63,866 nt of DNA, filler included, from Lama guanicoe (GCA_013239625.1; 197 parts of 197 records of this genome joined end to end with filler, not necessarily neighbours in it); one strand, 5' to 3'; positions 34,395 through 46,643 are shown, numbered from the whole stretch's first letter. Numbers and translations: made by a program. The notes: generated from the sequence alone by a model not told the origin.

Positions 34395-35269
34395 AGTTTG
34401 GTAAACAGTCTGTTCTGACACATTGCAATTGCTGGCAGCCTCGAGCCAGGATCCTCACCAGGTCTGACGACTGAGAAGTGAATTCATTAACGTCTCCCAG
34501 GCAGGGACCTGTGCTGGTCTAGCGGTATCTGGGATTGGGATGCAGAAAGTACTGAAAAGCCTTCTGAGAGCCTCAAGCTTGGATTACTTGGAAAACCAGC
34601 CCTCATGTCTTGCTGGCTGNNNNNNNNNNNNNNNNNNNNNNNNNNNNNNNNNNNNNNNNNNNNTTAATTAATTAANNNNNNNNNNNNNNNNNNNNNNNNN
34701 NNNNNNNNNNNNNNNNNNNTTTTATCTCTTGTCATACAGAAGTTCCAATTTCGGTACAGTCTATAATACCATTCCCACTGAATGCATGCATTGCTAGAAA
34801 TCAGTTCCTCACATCTGCGTTCTTCAGAGGGAAATAGTTCAAATTTTTGCACACGAATGAAAAGAAGGTGGGAAAGGAAGTTGTAAACAAAACTCAGCAG
34901 GAAAATAAAGGGATAGTGCACTCCCATCTTTCTGTTTCTTCCCCNNNNNNNNNNNNNNNNNNNNNNNNNNNNNNNNNNNNNNNNNNNNTTAATTAATTAA
35001 NNNNNNNNNNNNNNNNNNNNNNNNNNNNNNNNNNNNNNNNNNNNAGTTTGGTAAACAGTCTGTTCTGACACATTGCAATTGCTGGCAGCCTCGCGCCAGG
35101 ATCCTCACCAGGTCTGACGACTGAGAAGTGAATTCATTAATGTCTCCCAGGCAGGGACCTGTGCTGGTCTAGCAGTATCTGGGATTGGGATGCAGAAAGT
35201 ACTGAAAAGCCTTCTGAGATCCTCAAGCTTGGATTACTTGGAAAACCAGCCCTCATGTCTTGCTGGCTG
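34395..35269 (+). repeat. Bubble pair 6: 34395-34619 vs 35045-35269 (unrelated fragment between them)
   Basis: 4 substitutions; 49-bp identical ends. Confidence 0.97.
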
Positions 35270-36669
35270 NNNNNNNNNNNNNNNNNNNNNNNNNNNNNNN
35301 NNNNNNNNNNNNNTTAATTAATTAANNNNNNNNNNNNNNNNNNNNNNNNNNNNNNNNNNNNNNNNNNNNGCAGTCACTTCTTCCAGGTTTTATGGACTGA
35401 CTTTGATAAGCAAAGATATTTACCTGTGAGTGTACTGTTGTCCTGGACTTCGTTGTGTGGTATGCCATGCATAGGGGCAAATGTCGGTTCTAGGTCTGAG
35501 ATGGCATGGTGCCTTGTTGGCTAAGATAGCTGGGGCCCATGACACCAGTAACTGCATGGTCCTTAGTGGTGAGAGATGCAGCAGGTCCATGGTGNNNNNN
35601 NNNNNNNNNNNNNNNNNNNNNNNNNNNNNNNNNNNNNNTTAATTAATTAANNNNNNNNNNNNNNNNNNNNNNNNNNNNNNNNNNNNNNNNNNNNATCACG
35701 AGGCCCTGGAGTGACATTACCCTTTCTACAAAGACTCGACAAGCGAGCAGAAGAACATGATCTCACCTTACCGGGCCCAAAAGGCAACTAGCCTTGTCCA
35801 GGAGGAGGTGTGCAAGGTGCCGAGGACAGTGACAGCTTATCCATGCAGACGGACACGCAACATGGTCCCCGGAAATAAAGGGGTGCACTAGCATCCACAG
35901 TGAACTGCAGCCAGGAGACNNNNNNNNNNNNNNNNNNNNNNNNNNNNNNNNNNNNNNNNNNNNTTAATTAATTAANNNNNNNNNNNNNNNNNNNNNNNNN
36001 NNNNNNNNNNNNNNNNNNNAATAGCTGTTTGGTCAAGAATTGAATTCATGTGAACTCACTGAAAATATAACTGCCAAAATTTATCTCTGATGAGATGAAA
36101 TAGTAATTAATTTATACAATTTAATTGTGCCTTTGATGAAAAAGTAGTGTTTGATTTTGGAATGTATAGGTTGGCATTCTCAAAATTATAAAATAGAAAT
36201 CAATTTTAACAGTACTGAGAAAGATTTACCTTGGAAATGGTACANNNNNNNNNNNNNNNNNNNNNNNNNNNNNNNNNNNNNNNNNNNNTTAATTAATTAA
36301 NNNNNNNNNNNNNNNNNNNNNNNNNNNNNNNNNNNNNNNNNNNNCCTCCCCGTGCACCGCGCCCACTGCCCCCTCCCCAGCAGCAGGGGTGCCACCTGGT
36401 GATGGAGAAGGGAGGAGAAAGGAACGTCCCCGGGAGATTGACGGAGAGCCCAGGAGAGACTGCGAGGACCTGAAGGAGAGCAGTGGCCGTGACGGGAAGG
36501 GGAGGGGGGACACGGAGTCTCCGATGGGCAGAGATGGGCCCACTCTCGGGAGTGTTTACCGAACCCTTTNNNNNNNNNNNNNNNNNNNNNNNNNNNNNNN
36601 NNNNNNNNNNNNNTTAATTAATTAANNNNNNNNNNNNNNNNNNNNNNNNNNNNNNNNNNNNNNNNNNNN

Positions 36670-36893
36670 GTCATTCTAAGTGAAGTAAGCCAGAAAAAGA
36701 AAGAAAAATACCGTATGACATCACTCATATCTGGAATCTAATTTAAAAAAAAAGACACCATGAACTCATCTACAGAACAGAAACAGACTTGCAGATACAA
36801 TAAACAATCTATGGTTACCGGGGAAAGGGGTGGGAAGGGATAAATTTGGGAATTTGAGATTTGCAAACTATATATAAAAATAGATTTTAAAAA
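36670..36893 (+). mobile_element. Camelid-type L1 ORF2 end / 3' UTR
   Basis: gtcattctaagtgaagtaagccagaaaaagaaagaaaaatacc...tatggttaccggggaaaggggtgggaagggataaatttggga. Confidence 0.92.
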
Positions 36894-37325
36894 NNNNNNN
36901 NNNNNNNNNNNNNNNNNNNNNNNNNNNNNNNNNNNNNTTAATTAATTAANNNNNNNNNNNNNNNNNNNNNNNNNNNNNNNNNNNNNNNNNNNNCTTTGTC
37001 AGCCCCTCCCACGACACCCATTTCTGCTGTTCCTGCCTATCAGGGAGACCACCCAATCAGCCAGACAACAGAGGCAGACATCATGGGCATGACGGAGATG
37101 TCATTTTGAAGGCTGTGCCTGGGGACGCTGAGATGGCAGGTGCCTGGCAGCAACGTCGCTGAGATCAAAAATCACCCACTTGGGTCCAGAGGGTACTGGA
37201 TGGCAGGTGAGGTCACGANNNNNNNNNNNNNNNNNNNNNNNNNNNNNNNNNNNNNNNNNNNNTTAATTAATTAANNNNNNNNNNNNNNNNNNNNNNNNNN
37301 NNNNNNNNNNNNNNNNNNTACCACA

Positions 37326-37520
37326 TAGGATGCTTTGGCTGAAAGTAACAGAAAGTACTGATGCAAAATGGACTAAAACAATAAGGAAAAGTATTATTTT
37401 GCAGAGCTGGGAGTCCATAGTCGGACAGGTTCAGGTGCAGTATGTTCTGAGGCTCCAGGGAATCCCAAGGACCCAGACTCTGTACATATATTCACTGTTG
37501 TCCTCTGCTTCCACTTTTGC
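37326..37520 (-). mobile_element. MLT1J/K/L-like LTR
   Basis: ggatgctttggctgaaagtaacagaaa...aaaatggactaaaacaataagga...caaggacccagactct. Confidence 0.65.
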
Positions 37521-37643
37521 CTAACGCAACTTCACTCTTGGTCNNNNNNNNNNNNNNNNNNNNNNNNNNNNNNNNNNNNNNNNNNNNTTAATTAATTAAN
37601 NNNNNNNNNNNNNNNNNNNNNNNNNNNNNNNNNNNNNNNNNNN

Positions 37644-37868
37644 TTGCTTGATTTTATACTGATCCTCAATCCAATAACCATGCTTTAATTCACTGACTAA
37701 TTATAAATGTCTTTGGATTGTGGTGGATTTTCCATGCATATGATAATGCCATGCACATACAACGACCGTTTTCTTGCTTACAATTTGATCTTTATGCCTA
37801 TTTTATTGTTGTTATTGCATTATTATCCTGTCTTCAGTACATATTGAATAGAAGGGGTGAAAGCTGGC
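37644..37868 (-). mobile_element. Degraded L1ME ORF2
   Basis: tttatactgatcctcaatccaataacc...ggattttccatgcatatgataatgcc...cttcagtacatattgaatagaaggggtgaaag. Confidence 0.65.
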
Positions 37869-37968
37869 NNNNNNNNNNNNNNNNNNNNNNNNNNNNNNNN
37901 NNNNNNNNNNNNTTAATTAATTAANNNNNNNNNNNNNNNNNNNNNNNNNNNNNNNNNNNNNNNNNNNN

Positions 37969-38193
37969 GCTTGAGGTAATTTCTATCTTCTTAAAATTGC
38001 TGTGGTTTTTTTGTGCCTAGGTATATCATGAATTCTGGAAAATATCCCAAGTGCACATGAAAAAAATGTATATACTATTTTGTGGGGGATGAAATTCTCT
38101 GGAAATTTCCACTAAGAGTAATATTTCTATTGTATTATTTAACATCTCTTTTGCCTAATTTATTTTCTGCCTTGATGATCTGTCCAGTGATGT
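37969..38193 (-). mobile_element. L1 ORF2 endonuclease region
   Basis: aatttctatcttcttaaaattgctg...ctggaaaatatcccaagtgcacatgaaaaaaatgtata...gatgatctgtccagtgatgt. Confidence 0.85.
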
Positions 38194-38293
38194 NNNNNNN
38201 NNNNNNNNNNNNNNNNNNNNNNNNNNNNNNNNNNNNNTTAATTAATTAANNNNNNNNNNNNNNNNNNNNNNNNNNNNNNNNNNNNNNNNNNNN

Positions 38294-38490
38294 ATGGTCT
38301 CTGTAGTGTGGGTGAGAGATCGTGAGGCTGGAATTAGAATAGTGACAGCAGGAATAGAGTTAAAACAACAATTTGAAAGTGATATCAAGAAGAGGGATTA
38401 TAGACCAATTGTATATATTCGGTATGGGAGGAGGAGGACGCAAAAATGCTTCTTGAGTCCTAGGCAATGGCGTAGATGGTAAAGTTGTAA
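38294..38490 (-). mobile_element. L2 fragment
   Basis: ggtgagagatcgtgaggctggaattagaatagtgacagcaggaatagag...ctaggcaatggcgtagatggta. Confidence 0.55.
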
Positions 38491-39314
38491 GTTCAGATCA
38501 GAAACCCAGGCAAAACGANNNNNNNNNNNNNNNNNNNNNNNNNNNNNNNNNNNNNNNNNNNNTTAATTAATTAANNNNNNNNNNNNNNNNNNNNNNNNNN
38601 NNNNNNNNNNNNNNNNNNGGCCCATGACATCTTTGTTTTTACATGCTTTGCAATGATTACTTTTAAAGTTATCTTTCAAGTACCGAGTTATTAATCTAAC
38701 TCAATTTCCAGAACTAAAATTTAGTTGCCAAATTGCCTTTGGCAATAAAATGTTAAATTAATAATTTGATTCTTAGATTGTTTTGAACCTCAACTTGATA
38801 ATCACTATTATGTTGAACCTATTAGATTATTAGTGGCTTTTTANNNNNNNNNNNNNNNNNNNNNNNNNNNNNNNNNNNNNNNNNNNNTTAATTAATTAAN
38901 NNNNNNNNNNNNNNNNNNNNNNNNNNNNNNNNNNNNNNNNNNNCAGGGTGGCAGATACCAGAGGAGCCTGTCCCTTCTGCCTCTCGGCAGCTTTGCCAAG
39001 CCTGGGGAGGCTCAGAGATGCCTGGCAAATGGCAACCCCTGCATCCACCTGCTGCAACGAAGCTAATAAGGGAGAAATGCTGGCTCTGGAGCAGAGACTG
39101 AGCTTTTGCCAAAGAAAGACACACCCAGATTCTGTTAGCCTTGCATACACTTCCTCTTCCTGGGAATTNNNNNNNNNNNNNNNNNNNNNNNNNNNNNNNN
39201 NNNNNNNNNNNNTTAATTAATTAANNNNNNNNNNNNNNNNNNNNNNNNNNNNNNNNNNNNNNNNNNNNCGCCCCCGCCCCCGTCCCAGGGACGCCCAGCC
39301 CCTGCTCACCGCAC

Positions 39315-39444
39315 CTGAAAGGATCCGATGCACAATTCGAACAGGATCTGGTACTTGGAGGAGATCCCGATGGGAAACACGGCAAACACCATGTAGTGGA
39401 CTCCAAACAGCGGAATGAGCAGCAGGGTGGACTTGGCGAGCCTC
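39315..39444 (-). CDS. VIPR2: Complete 130-bp internal exon of vasoactive intestinal peptide receptor 2 (VPAC2; TM6 to TM7)
   Basis: Minus strand: polypyrimidine tract ctttctctttggtgcag|G AGG CTC...TTT CAG|gtgcgg. Translates [43 protein letters not shown], nearly identical to the recalled human VIPR2 segment [43 protein letters not shown]. Confidence 0.93.
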
Positions 39445-40893
39445 CTGCACCAAAGAGAAAGGATCCTGAGGTCCCCGCCCATTCTGGAAAGAANNNNNNN
39501 NNNNNNNNNNNNNNNNNNNNNNNNNNNNNNNNNNNNNTTAATTAATTAANNNNNNNNNNNNNNNNNNNNNNNNNNNNNNNNNNNNNNNNNNNNCCTGGCT
39601 GGAGCATCACGAGAGACTCGGGATGTCTAAACTCGAGTCCGGGTGGTGTCTCCAGGCCCACGTCTGTTAATGAGGACCGGAACAGCCCCTGCCTCGCGAG
39701 GCTGTGGTGAGGGTGAAAGGAGGCAGTGCGTGTCAAATGCTCGATGCCGGGTCCTCCCTGTTCTCTGTGCCCCAGGCCATCTTAGTCCAGTCTCCTCTGG
39801 GAGAGGGTGCGGAGGAGANNNNNNNNNNNNNNNNNNNNNNNNNNNNNNNNNNNNNNNNNNNNTTAATTAATTAANNNNNNNNNNNNNNNNNNNNNNNNNN
39901 NNNNNNNNNNNNNNNNNNTGTTGTATTAAAGGAAGAACGAGAAGACCAGATGTGCAAGATAACACGGAAGGCACCTCCAAGAGTTTAAAACTGGGAGTAG
40001 AAAAGGCACACGTCCTTGCAGAGTAGTACAAAGAGGACTTTTCTTAGAAGGATAATGAGGAGCACATTCCTGAATGATTTAAATCTCATGTGAAGATGCT
40101 TTAAGGGGTGAGGTTGACATGAGAGTCTGGAACATGAATGTAGNNNNNNNNNNNNNNNNNNNNNNNNNNNNNNNNNNNNNNNNNNNNTTAATTAATTAAN
40201 NNNNNNNNNNNNNNNNNNNNNNNNNNNNNNNNNNNNNNNNNNNTAATGCTAATGTTGGATAACTATCAGCTAGATAGTTACTATATGTTATAAAAGCCCC
40301 AACCACTTTACACTTATTAACTAGTTTATCCTTACAGCAATCCAACACACACATCATTAGGATACATTTATACAAAAAACATATATAAAACAGCACTAAC
40401 TTTTCCTACAAATACTTAACATATTTGGTTGTGTGTGCATATGCATGTAAAAAGATTGTTTTAAAAAGNNNNNNNNNNNNNNNNNNNNNNNNNNNNNNNN
40501 NNNNNNNNNNNNTTAATTAATTAANNNNNNNNNNNNNNNNNNNNNNNNNNNNNNNNNNNNNNNNNNNNAGTCATTTTTTTAAAAGCATATTTACTTAAAT
40601 TGTGTAATTTACAAAGACGTAACCAGAGGCTTCCAGACCAGAAATTCGACATTATTAATGGCGGGAGAAAAATGGAAATAACCCAAATATCCAGCAGGAA
40701 GGGTGGGCTAAATTCACATGGACTCTTACACAAACCTCCAAAATCATGTTTCTGAAATTGGGTTTTTATAGTACGTGTGCATTTTCAAAAGCCNNNNNNN
40801 NNNNNNNNNNNNNNNNNNNNNNNNNNNNNNNNNNNNNTTAATTAATTAANNNNNNNNNNNNNNNNNNNNNNNNNNNNNNNNNNNNNNNNNNNN

Positions 40894-41118
40894 TATGGTC
40901 ATTTTAACAATATTAATTCTTCCAGTCCACGAACATGGTATACCCTTCCATCTGTTTGTGTCATCTTCAATTTCTTTCATCAATGTCTTTGAGTTTTGCA
41001 AGTACATGTTTTTTACCTCCCTGGGTAAGTTTATTTGTAGGCATTTTGTTCTTTTGGATGGGATTGTAGATTGTATTGAATTCTTATTTCTCTTTCTGAT
41101 AGTTTGTTGTTAGTGTAT
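40894..41118 (-). mobile_element. L1 ORF2 fragment; reverse-complement bubble partner (pair 7) of 17824-18047
   Basis: Reverse complement matches 17824-18047 with 4 substitutions and a 1-bp indel; 49-bp identical ends. Confidence 0.96.
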
Positions 41119-42572
41119 NNNNNNNNNNNNNNNNNNNNNNNNNNNNNNNNNNNNNNNNNNNNTTAATTAATTAANNNNNNNNNNNNNNNNNNNNNNNNNN
41201 NNNNNNNNNNNNNNNNNNCATGGAGACTGAGCTGCTGGTTAGGAGCGTGGCGGTGAGTGTCCCCCTCGCTTGGCCCCTGGCCATGGGGCTGTGTGAGGGC
41301 CAGGACTCTGTAGCAGGGCCTGCCTGGCACACGGAGGTGCTGAAAGAGGAAGAGCGCCTCCTGTCCCGCCCGCACCTCCCGGGCCCTTGACCGGCTGGCT
41401 TTGCTCCTCTGCGCCCCTCTGTGCCCTGGACCTGCAGGGCTGANNNNNNNNNNNNNNNNNNNNNNNNNNNNNNNNNNNNNNNNNNNNTTAATTAATTAAN
41501 NNNNNNNNNNNNNNNNNNNNNNNNNNNNNNNNNNNNNNNNNNNCAAAATATCAAAAGATGTGTTAAAGAGCTAAAGATCTTGAATAAAGTAATAAGAGCA
41601 TCTTAAAGAAAAAATAACAAAAGGACACGGTTCTGGAATTTTCTGGAAATTTTTTCAAAACCTCAAAGCAGGAATACTTTACATAAATCATCACACACTA
41701 CAGATGAGTGTGGCCTGATGCCCTAACCCGCAAAGGACAACACAGGTGAGGATGAGTATAAATCACTGNNNNNNNNNNNNNNNNNNNNNNNNNNNNNNNN
41801 NNNNNNNNNNNNTTAATTAATTAANNNNNNNNNNNNNNNNNNNNNNNNNNNNNNNNNNNNNNNNNNNNGTCTACAGAAACTTGCTATTCCATGCCCCAAA
41901 ACCTGGTCTCCCAACTTTTTGGCCTGTCCTGCACTGAGGAGAATGATTTTGGAATTGGTAACCCTCCTATCTACCTAGAAAGCTGGACAATGGAGCTGAG
42001 TGTTATGGAAACAGGCCAGCCAGGAAACAAGCACCACTCGGATTGTTGGAGTACTCAGATGTATTATGCCGGCGGGCTCAGAGGGGCTTCTGCNNNNNNN
42101 NNNNNNNNNNNNNNNNNNNNNNNNNNNNNNNNNNNNNTTAATTAATTAANNNNNNNNNNNNNNNNNNNNNNNNNNNNNNNNNNNNNNNNNNNNTGAAGTT
42201 CTAGAAAACAGAAATCTTTTGATTTCCATTTTTGTTGGAAACCTCCCTGATAGAGAGAATAAATGGAGTTGGATAGGCAGGTCAGCCTTCTGGTATCAAT
42301 TAGGCAGCAAACCAGCTCTTTGGGGAATTGAAAACAACTGTCTTTGTCTTGCAAATCTCTACAAACTCAGAAATATAAACGCAGCCCATAATCACCTGAG
42401 ACTGTGCCCAGTTAACTCNNNNNNNNNNNNNNNNNNNNNNNNNNNNNNNNNNNNNNNNNNNNTTAATTAATTAANNNNNNNNNNNNNNNNNNNNNNNNNN
42501 NNNNNNNNNNNNNNNNNNAATAAAAGCACCTATATGTGCCAGGTTCTGAGAAATACACTGGTAATATAATGG

Positions 42573-42743
42573 TGTTAAGGTCCAAATTATGTCCCTCCTT
42601 TCAAGAAATCCGAATCCCCAGTACCTTAGAATGTGACTGTATTTTGGAGATATGGTCTTTAAAGCAGTAATGAAGTTAAAAGGTAATCTTTAAGATGGGT
42701 CCTAATCCAATGTGACTGATGTCCTTATAAAAAGAGGAGATTA
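42573..42743 (+). mobile_element. MLT1B/C-like LTR 5' part
   Basis: aatccccagtaccttagaatgtgactgtattttggagatatggtctttaaag...ggtcctaatccaatgtgactgatgtccttataaaaagagga. Confidence 0.88.
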
Positions 42744-42843
42744 NNNNNNNNNNNNNNNNNNNNNNNNNNNNNNNNNNNNNNNNNNNNTTAATTAATTAAN
42801 NNNNNNNNNNNNNNNNNNNNNNNNNNNNNNNNNNNNNNNNNNN

Positions 42844-43068
42844 CCCAAAGAACCACTGCTGCAAAGCACAGCCCAGGAAGGAGATGGCTTTCGTCTTCGC
42901 AGAGAAGTCGGCGAGCATCTTGGGGCTCACGGCTGAGGAGAAGCACATGTCCGCAAAGGACAGGTGGCTGAGGAAAAAGTACATGAGTGTGTGAAGGCGG
43001 GCATCGATCTGCAGCAGAGCAACCGTCCCCAAGTTTCCGGTTAGGTTGATGACGTAGAAACTCAGAAA
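42844..43068 (-). CDS. Olfactory receptor fragment (class II, family 5-like), TM1-TM3, partial at both ends
   Basis: 75 uninterrupted codons [75 protein letters not shown], with the OR motifs GN, [13 protein letters not shown] and ISFxGC. Confidence 0.93.
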
Positions 43069-43589
43069 NNNNNNNNNNNNNNNNNNNNNNNNNNNNNNNN
43101 NNNNNNNNNNNNTTAATTAATTAANNNNNNNNNNNNNNNNNNNNNNNNNNNNNNNNNNNNNNNNNNNNCCTCTCATCAGTTTTTGTGAACTCCTGAGAAC
43201 CCTGGGAGACCTCCCACTCCTCCTTGCTTTGATATAGCCTGAACCCCACCCCCAGTGACTGAGCAGGAGTATGGGTGTGACAGTGCCTAAGTGCTCACAG
43301 CAGAAACTTGCAGGGTGGTCTGATCTCCCACTTTAAGACGACTCCCAGACATGCCCCTTGCTCAGTCCTGTAGACAACTGGCAGCCAAGCCGGNNNNNNN
43401 NNNNNNNNNNNNNNNNNNNNNNNNNNNNNNNNNNNNNTTAATTAATTAANNNNNNNNNNNNNNNNNNNNNNNNNNNNNNNNNNNNNNNNNNNNCTGCTCC
43501 AGGTGAAGGGTGTTAGGTGCCAAGGCAGTTCAGCAGTGAACATGGGCCTTTAATGCTTCCTGCGGGGGTGGTTCAGTGGCCAGCGTGTA

Positions 43590-43710
43590 CGGCTGACCTT
43601 GGACGAGTCAGGTAACCTACCTGCTCTGTTCCTCCATCTGCAAAATGGGGCTGATCACACCTCGCAGGGATGTCAAGAGGATATGTGAGATAATACATGC
43701 AGGAACTCTT
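43590..43710 (+). mobile_element. MIR SINE
   Basis: tgaccttggacgagtca..taacct...ctgttcctccatctgcaaaatgggg...gtgagataatacatg. Confidence 0.75.
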
Positions 43711-44169
43711 TTACCTTTNNNNNNNNNNNNNNNNNNNNNNNNNNNNNNNNNNNNNNNNNNNNTTAATTAATTAANNNNNNNNNNNNNNNNNNNNNNNNNN
43801 NNNNNNNNNNNNNNNNNNTTGAATTTCTACTGCAGTCTTTTAGTGTCGTATACAGGAGAATTCATGTCATCCATTCACAAGCAAGTGTTTAAGTGAAAAG
43901 TATTGTGCCTCGCTCCTGATTACCTACTAAGCTTGAAATATTTTCCTTTAATAGGAAGGTTACAGCACACACAACTTCTGATGATATGTATATGGGATAG
44001 ATTTAAATAACTGATTAACTAAACATACGAGCAAGTTGCTTTANNNNNNNNNNNNNNNNNNNNNNNNNNNNNNNNNNNNNNNNNNNNTTAATTAATTAAN
44101 NNNNNNNNNNNNNNNNNNNNNNNNNNNNNNNNNNNNNNNNNNNAAAATATACATATTGAAAAAAAGAAA

Positions 44170-44368
44170 AGAAAAACAGAAACAGACCCTCAGACATAGA
44201 GAACAAACTTGTGGTTACCAGGAGGGAGAGGGAGTGGGAGGGGATAAATTGGGCATTAGAGATTTGCAGATACTAACTGGTATATACAATAGATATACAA
44301 TAGATAAACAGCAAGTTCGCGCTGTACATCACAGGAAACTATATTTGATATCTTGTAGTAACAAAAAC
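44170..44368 (+). mobile_element. Camelid/cetartiodactyl-type L1 3' UTR
   Basis: aaaacagaaacagaccctcagacatagagaacaaacttgtggttaccaggaggg...gatttgcagatactaact. Confidence 0.88.
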
Positions 44369-45118
44369 NNNNNNNNNNNNNNNNNNNNNNNNNNNNNNNN
44401 NNNNNNNNNNNNTTAATTAATTAANNNNNNNNNNNNNNNNNNNNNNNNNNNNNNNNNNNNNNNNNNNNTGACCAGGATGGAGCCAATGATACCACTTTTA
44501 CAAGCAGATAATCAATGCCGGAGCGGAAACTAAGGTATAAACTTTTCTTTGGTAACTGTCTTATGGAGCATCACTCATTAGCTGTTACACAATAAACCTG
44601 TGAGTAAGAGAGAACAGTGAACAATATATGAGTGCAGTTCCCTGTTTCATATTTATGTACAGAGTTTCTCCCAAGGGCCAGACAATCATAGAGNNNNNNN
44701 NNNNNNNNNNNNNNNNNNNNNNNNNNNNNNNNNNNNNTTAATTAATTAANNNNNNNNNNNNNNNNNNNNNNNNNNNNNNNNNNNNNNNNNNNNACTTTAA
44801 GGGAAAGAAAATATGTTTGTGTTTGTGTGTGTTGGGAGGGGAGACATGGGTCTTAAAACAGGAGACCTACTAGAAAGTGAAAGACTCTAAAAGTTGATGA
44901 AAAGAGGGTGGCTTGATGACACTGTGATTTCTCCTTACCCCAGTAGCGTTGCACATCTCTCAGCTCTGAAATGATAAAAATCGTAATATCAAATGTAATC
45001 AAAGACATTAGGACTGGANNNNNNNNNNNNNNNNNNNNNNNNNNNNNNNNNNNNNNNNNNNNTTAATTAATTAANNNNNNNNNNNNNNNNNNNNNNNNNN
45101 NNNNNNNNNNNNNNNNNN

Positions 45119-45343
45119 TCATTAGTCATTAGGGAAATGCAAATCAAAACCACAATGTGGTGTTTTAAACCCAGTAGGATGGTTGTAAACAAGAAAGAAA
45201 GGGGAAAGAGATAAGAAGTGTTGCTGAGGACACAGAGAAATTTGCACCTTGAGAATGGAAAATTGTCCAGCCACTGTGGAAAACAGTCTGGTGGTTCTCA
45301 AAAAGCTAAACATAGAATTGTCCCATGATCCTGCAATTCCATT
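45119..45343 (+). mobile_element. L1 ORF2 3' (cysteine-rich region) fragment, degraded
   Basis: tcattagtcattagggaaatgcaaatcaaaaccacaatg...cagccactgtggaaaacagtctggtggttctcaaaaagctaaacatagaatt. Confidence 0.88.
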
Positions 45344-46549
45344 NNNNNNNNNNNNNNNNNNNNNNNNNNNNNNNNNNNNNNNNNNNNTTAATTAATTAAN
45401 NNNNNNNNNNNNNNNNNNNNNNNNNNNNNNNNNNNNNNNNNNNTTTTTTTTTTTTTGCTCTGAATTGAATGGCCATATCCTTTTTCCATTTTTCCCCCCT
45501 TGGGTTGATTATGTTTTCCTTACTAATTTCTAAGGCCTTTGAAAACATTTTGCATATGAATTCTACCCACGTTTTTTTTCTACTGAAAACATTTTATCCG
45601 AATCTTTTAAATGTGTTCGTAATTTCTTACCTTTGACATCATTTAAAGTTGTTAATAATTCTAATATTNNNNNNNNNNNNNNNNNNNNNNNNNNNNNNNN
45701 NNNNNNNNNNNNTTAATTAATTAANNNNNNNNNNNNNNNNNNNNNNNNNNNNNNNNNNNNNNNNNNNNAGCGATTAACCAGATGGGGACGTCTCCTTGAC
45801 AATGAGAACCAAAGACATGCACACTGCCGCCACAGCTGGCTCCCGTGTGACCCGACGGGCCCTGCAGAGCCCCGTCAGCACCTCCAGGGTGCCGAGCCCC
45901 CACCGACGCTTCTGTCTGGGGTTAGGGGCTGGGTTGCCATGTAGTAGACCATCTCGAAACTGCCTGATGTCTTGTGAGCTTCCAGGTCTGCGGNNNNNNN
46001 NNNNNNNNNNNNNNNNNNNNNNNNNNNNNNNNNNNNNTTAATTAATTAANNNNNNNNNNNNNNNNNNNNNNNNNNNNNNNNNNNNNNNNNNNNTTGCACC
46101 GAGGCACACGTGCCCTAGACTCGGCCTGGCGCGTCCCTCGTGCGGGTGGCAGGGGTCCAGCCCGGGAGGCCTCTACAGAGCCACAGACAGACAACAGGGT
46201 GTCTCGTGACAGGGGCCTCTAAGCTGAGCAGAAGCCACCTCTTTCCTCTGGCCTCCTCCTGCCCGTGATGGAGAAGCTCCACGTTGACCGGGGAAGGACC
46301 CCTCCCCCACCCCTCCCANNNNNNNNNNNNNNNNNNNNNNNNNNNNNNNNNNNNNNNNNNNNTTAATTAATTAANNNNNNNNNNNNNNNNNNNNNNNNNN
46401 NNNNNNNNNNNNNNNNNNTGGCTACAGTTCAACCTAGTTGGATGCAGGGAGTTTTATTCCAGGGCTACAGGACTTCTTTCCCATTTTTAGAAAAATAATC
46501 CGTAAGTTGCCAGGACCCTGCTTCTCTCTCACCTGTACTTACTGTGCTC

Positions 46550-46643
46550 GTGAAATTCTCAGAGCGTGGGAGGCCCCAGACCGGCAGGGCAGCGTCACCT
46601 GGAGCCTGGTAGAGATGCAGATCTCAGACCTCACCCCCGTGTG
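46550..46643. mobile_element. MER5A-like
   Basis: ttctcagagcgtggg..ccccagaccggcag..cagcgtcacctggagcctggtagagatgcagatctcagacctcaccc. Confidence 0.75.

Noticed and set aside
39217..39453. ORF-track peptides MVQEARQV... and MESTTWCL...
   Set aside because: These are wrong-frame readings over the VIPR2 exon.
17824..41118. Terminal inverted repeats of a 23-kb mobile element
   Set aside because: Both are internal L1 ORF2 sequence and arms of one bubble; the DNA between them is unrelated contigs.
39315..43068. GPCR cluster (VIPR2 exon near an olfactory receptor)
   Set aside because: They are separate contigs placed near each other only by length sorting.
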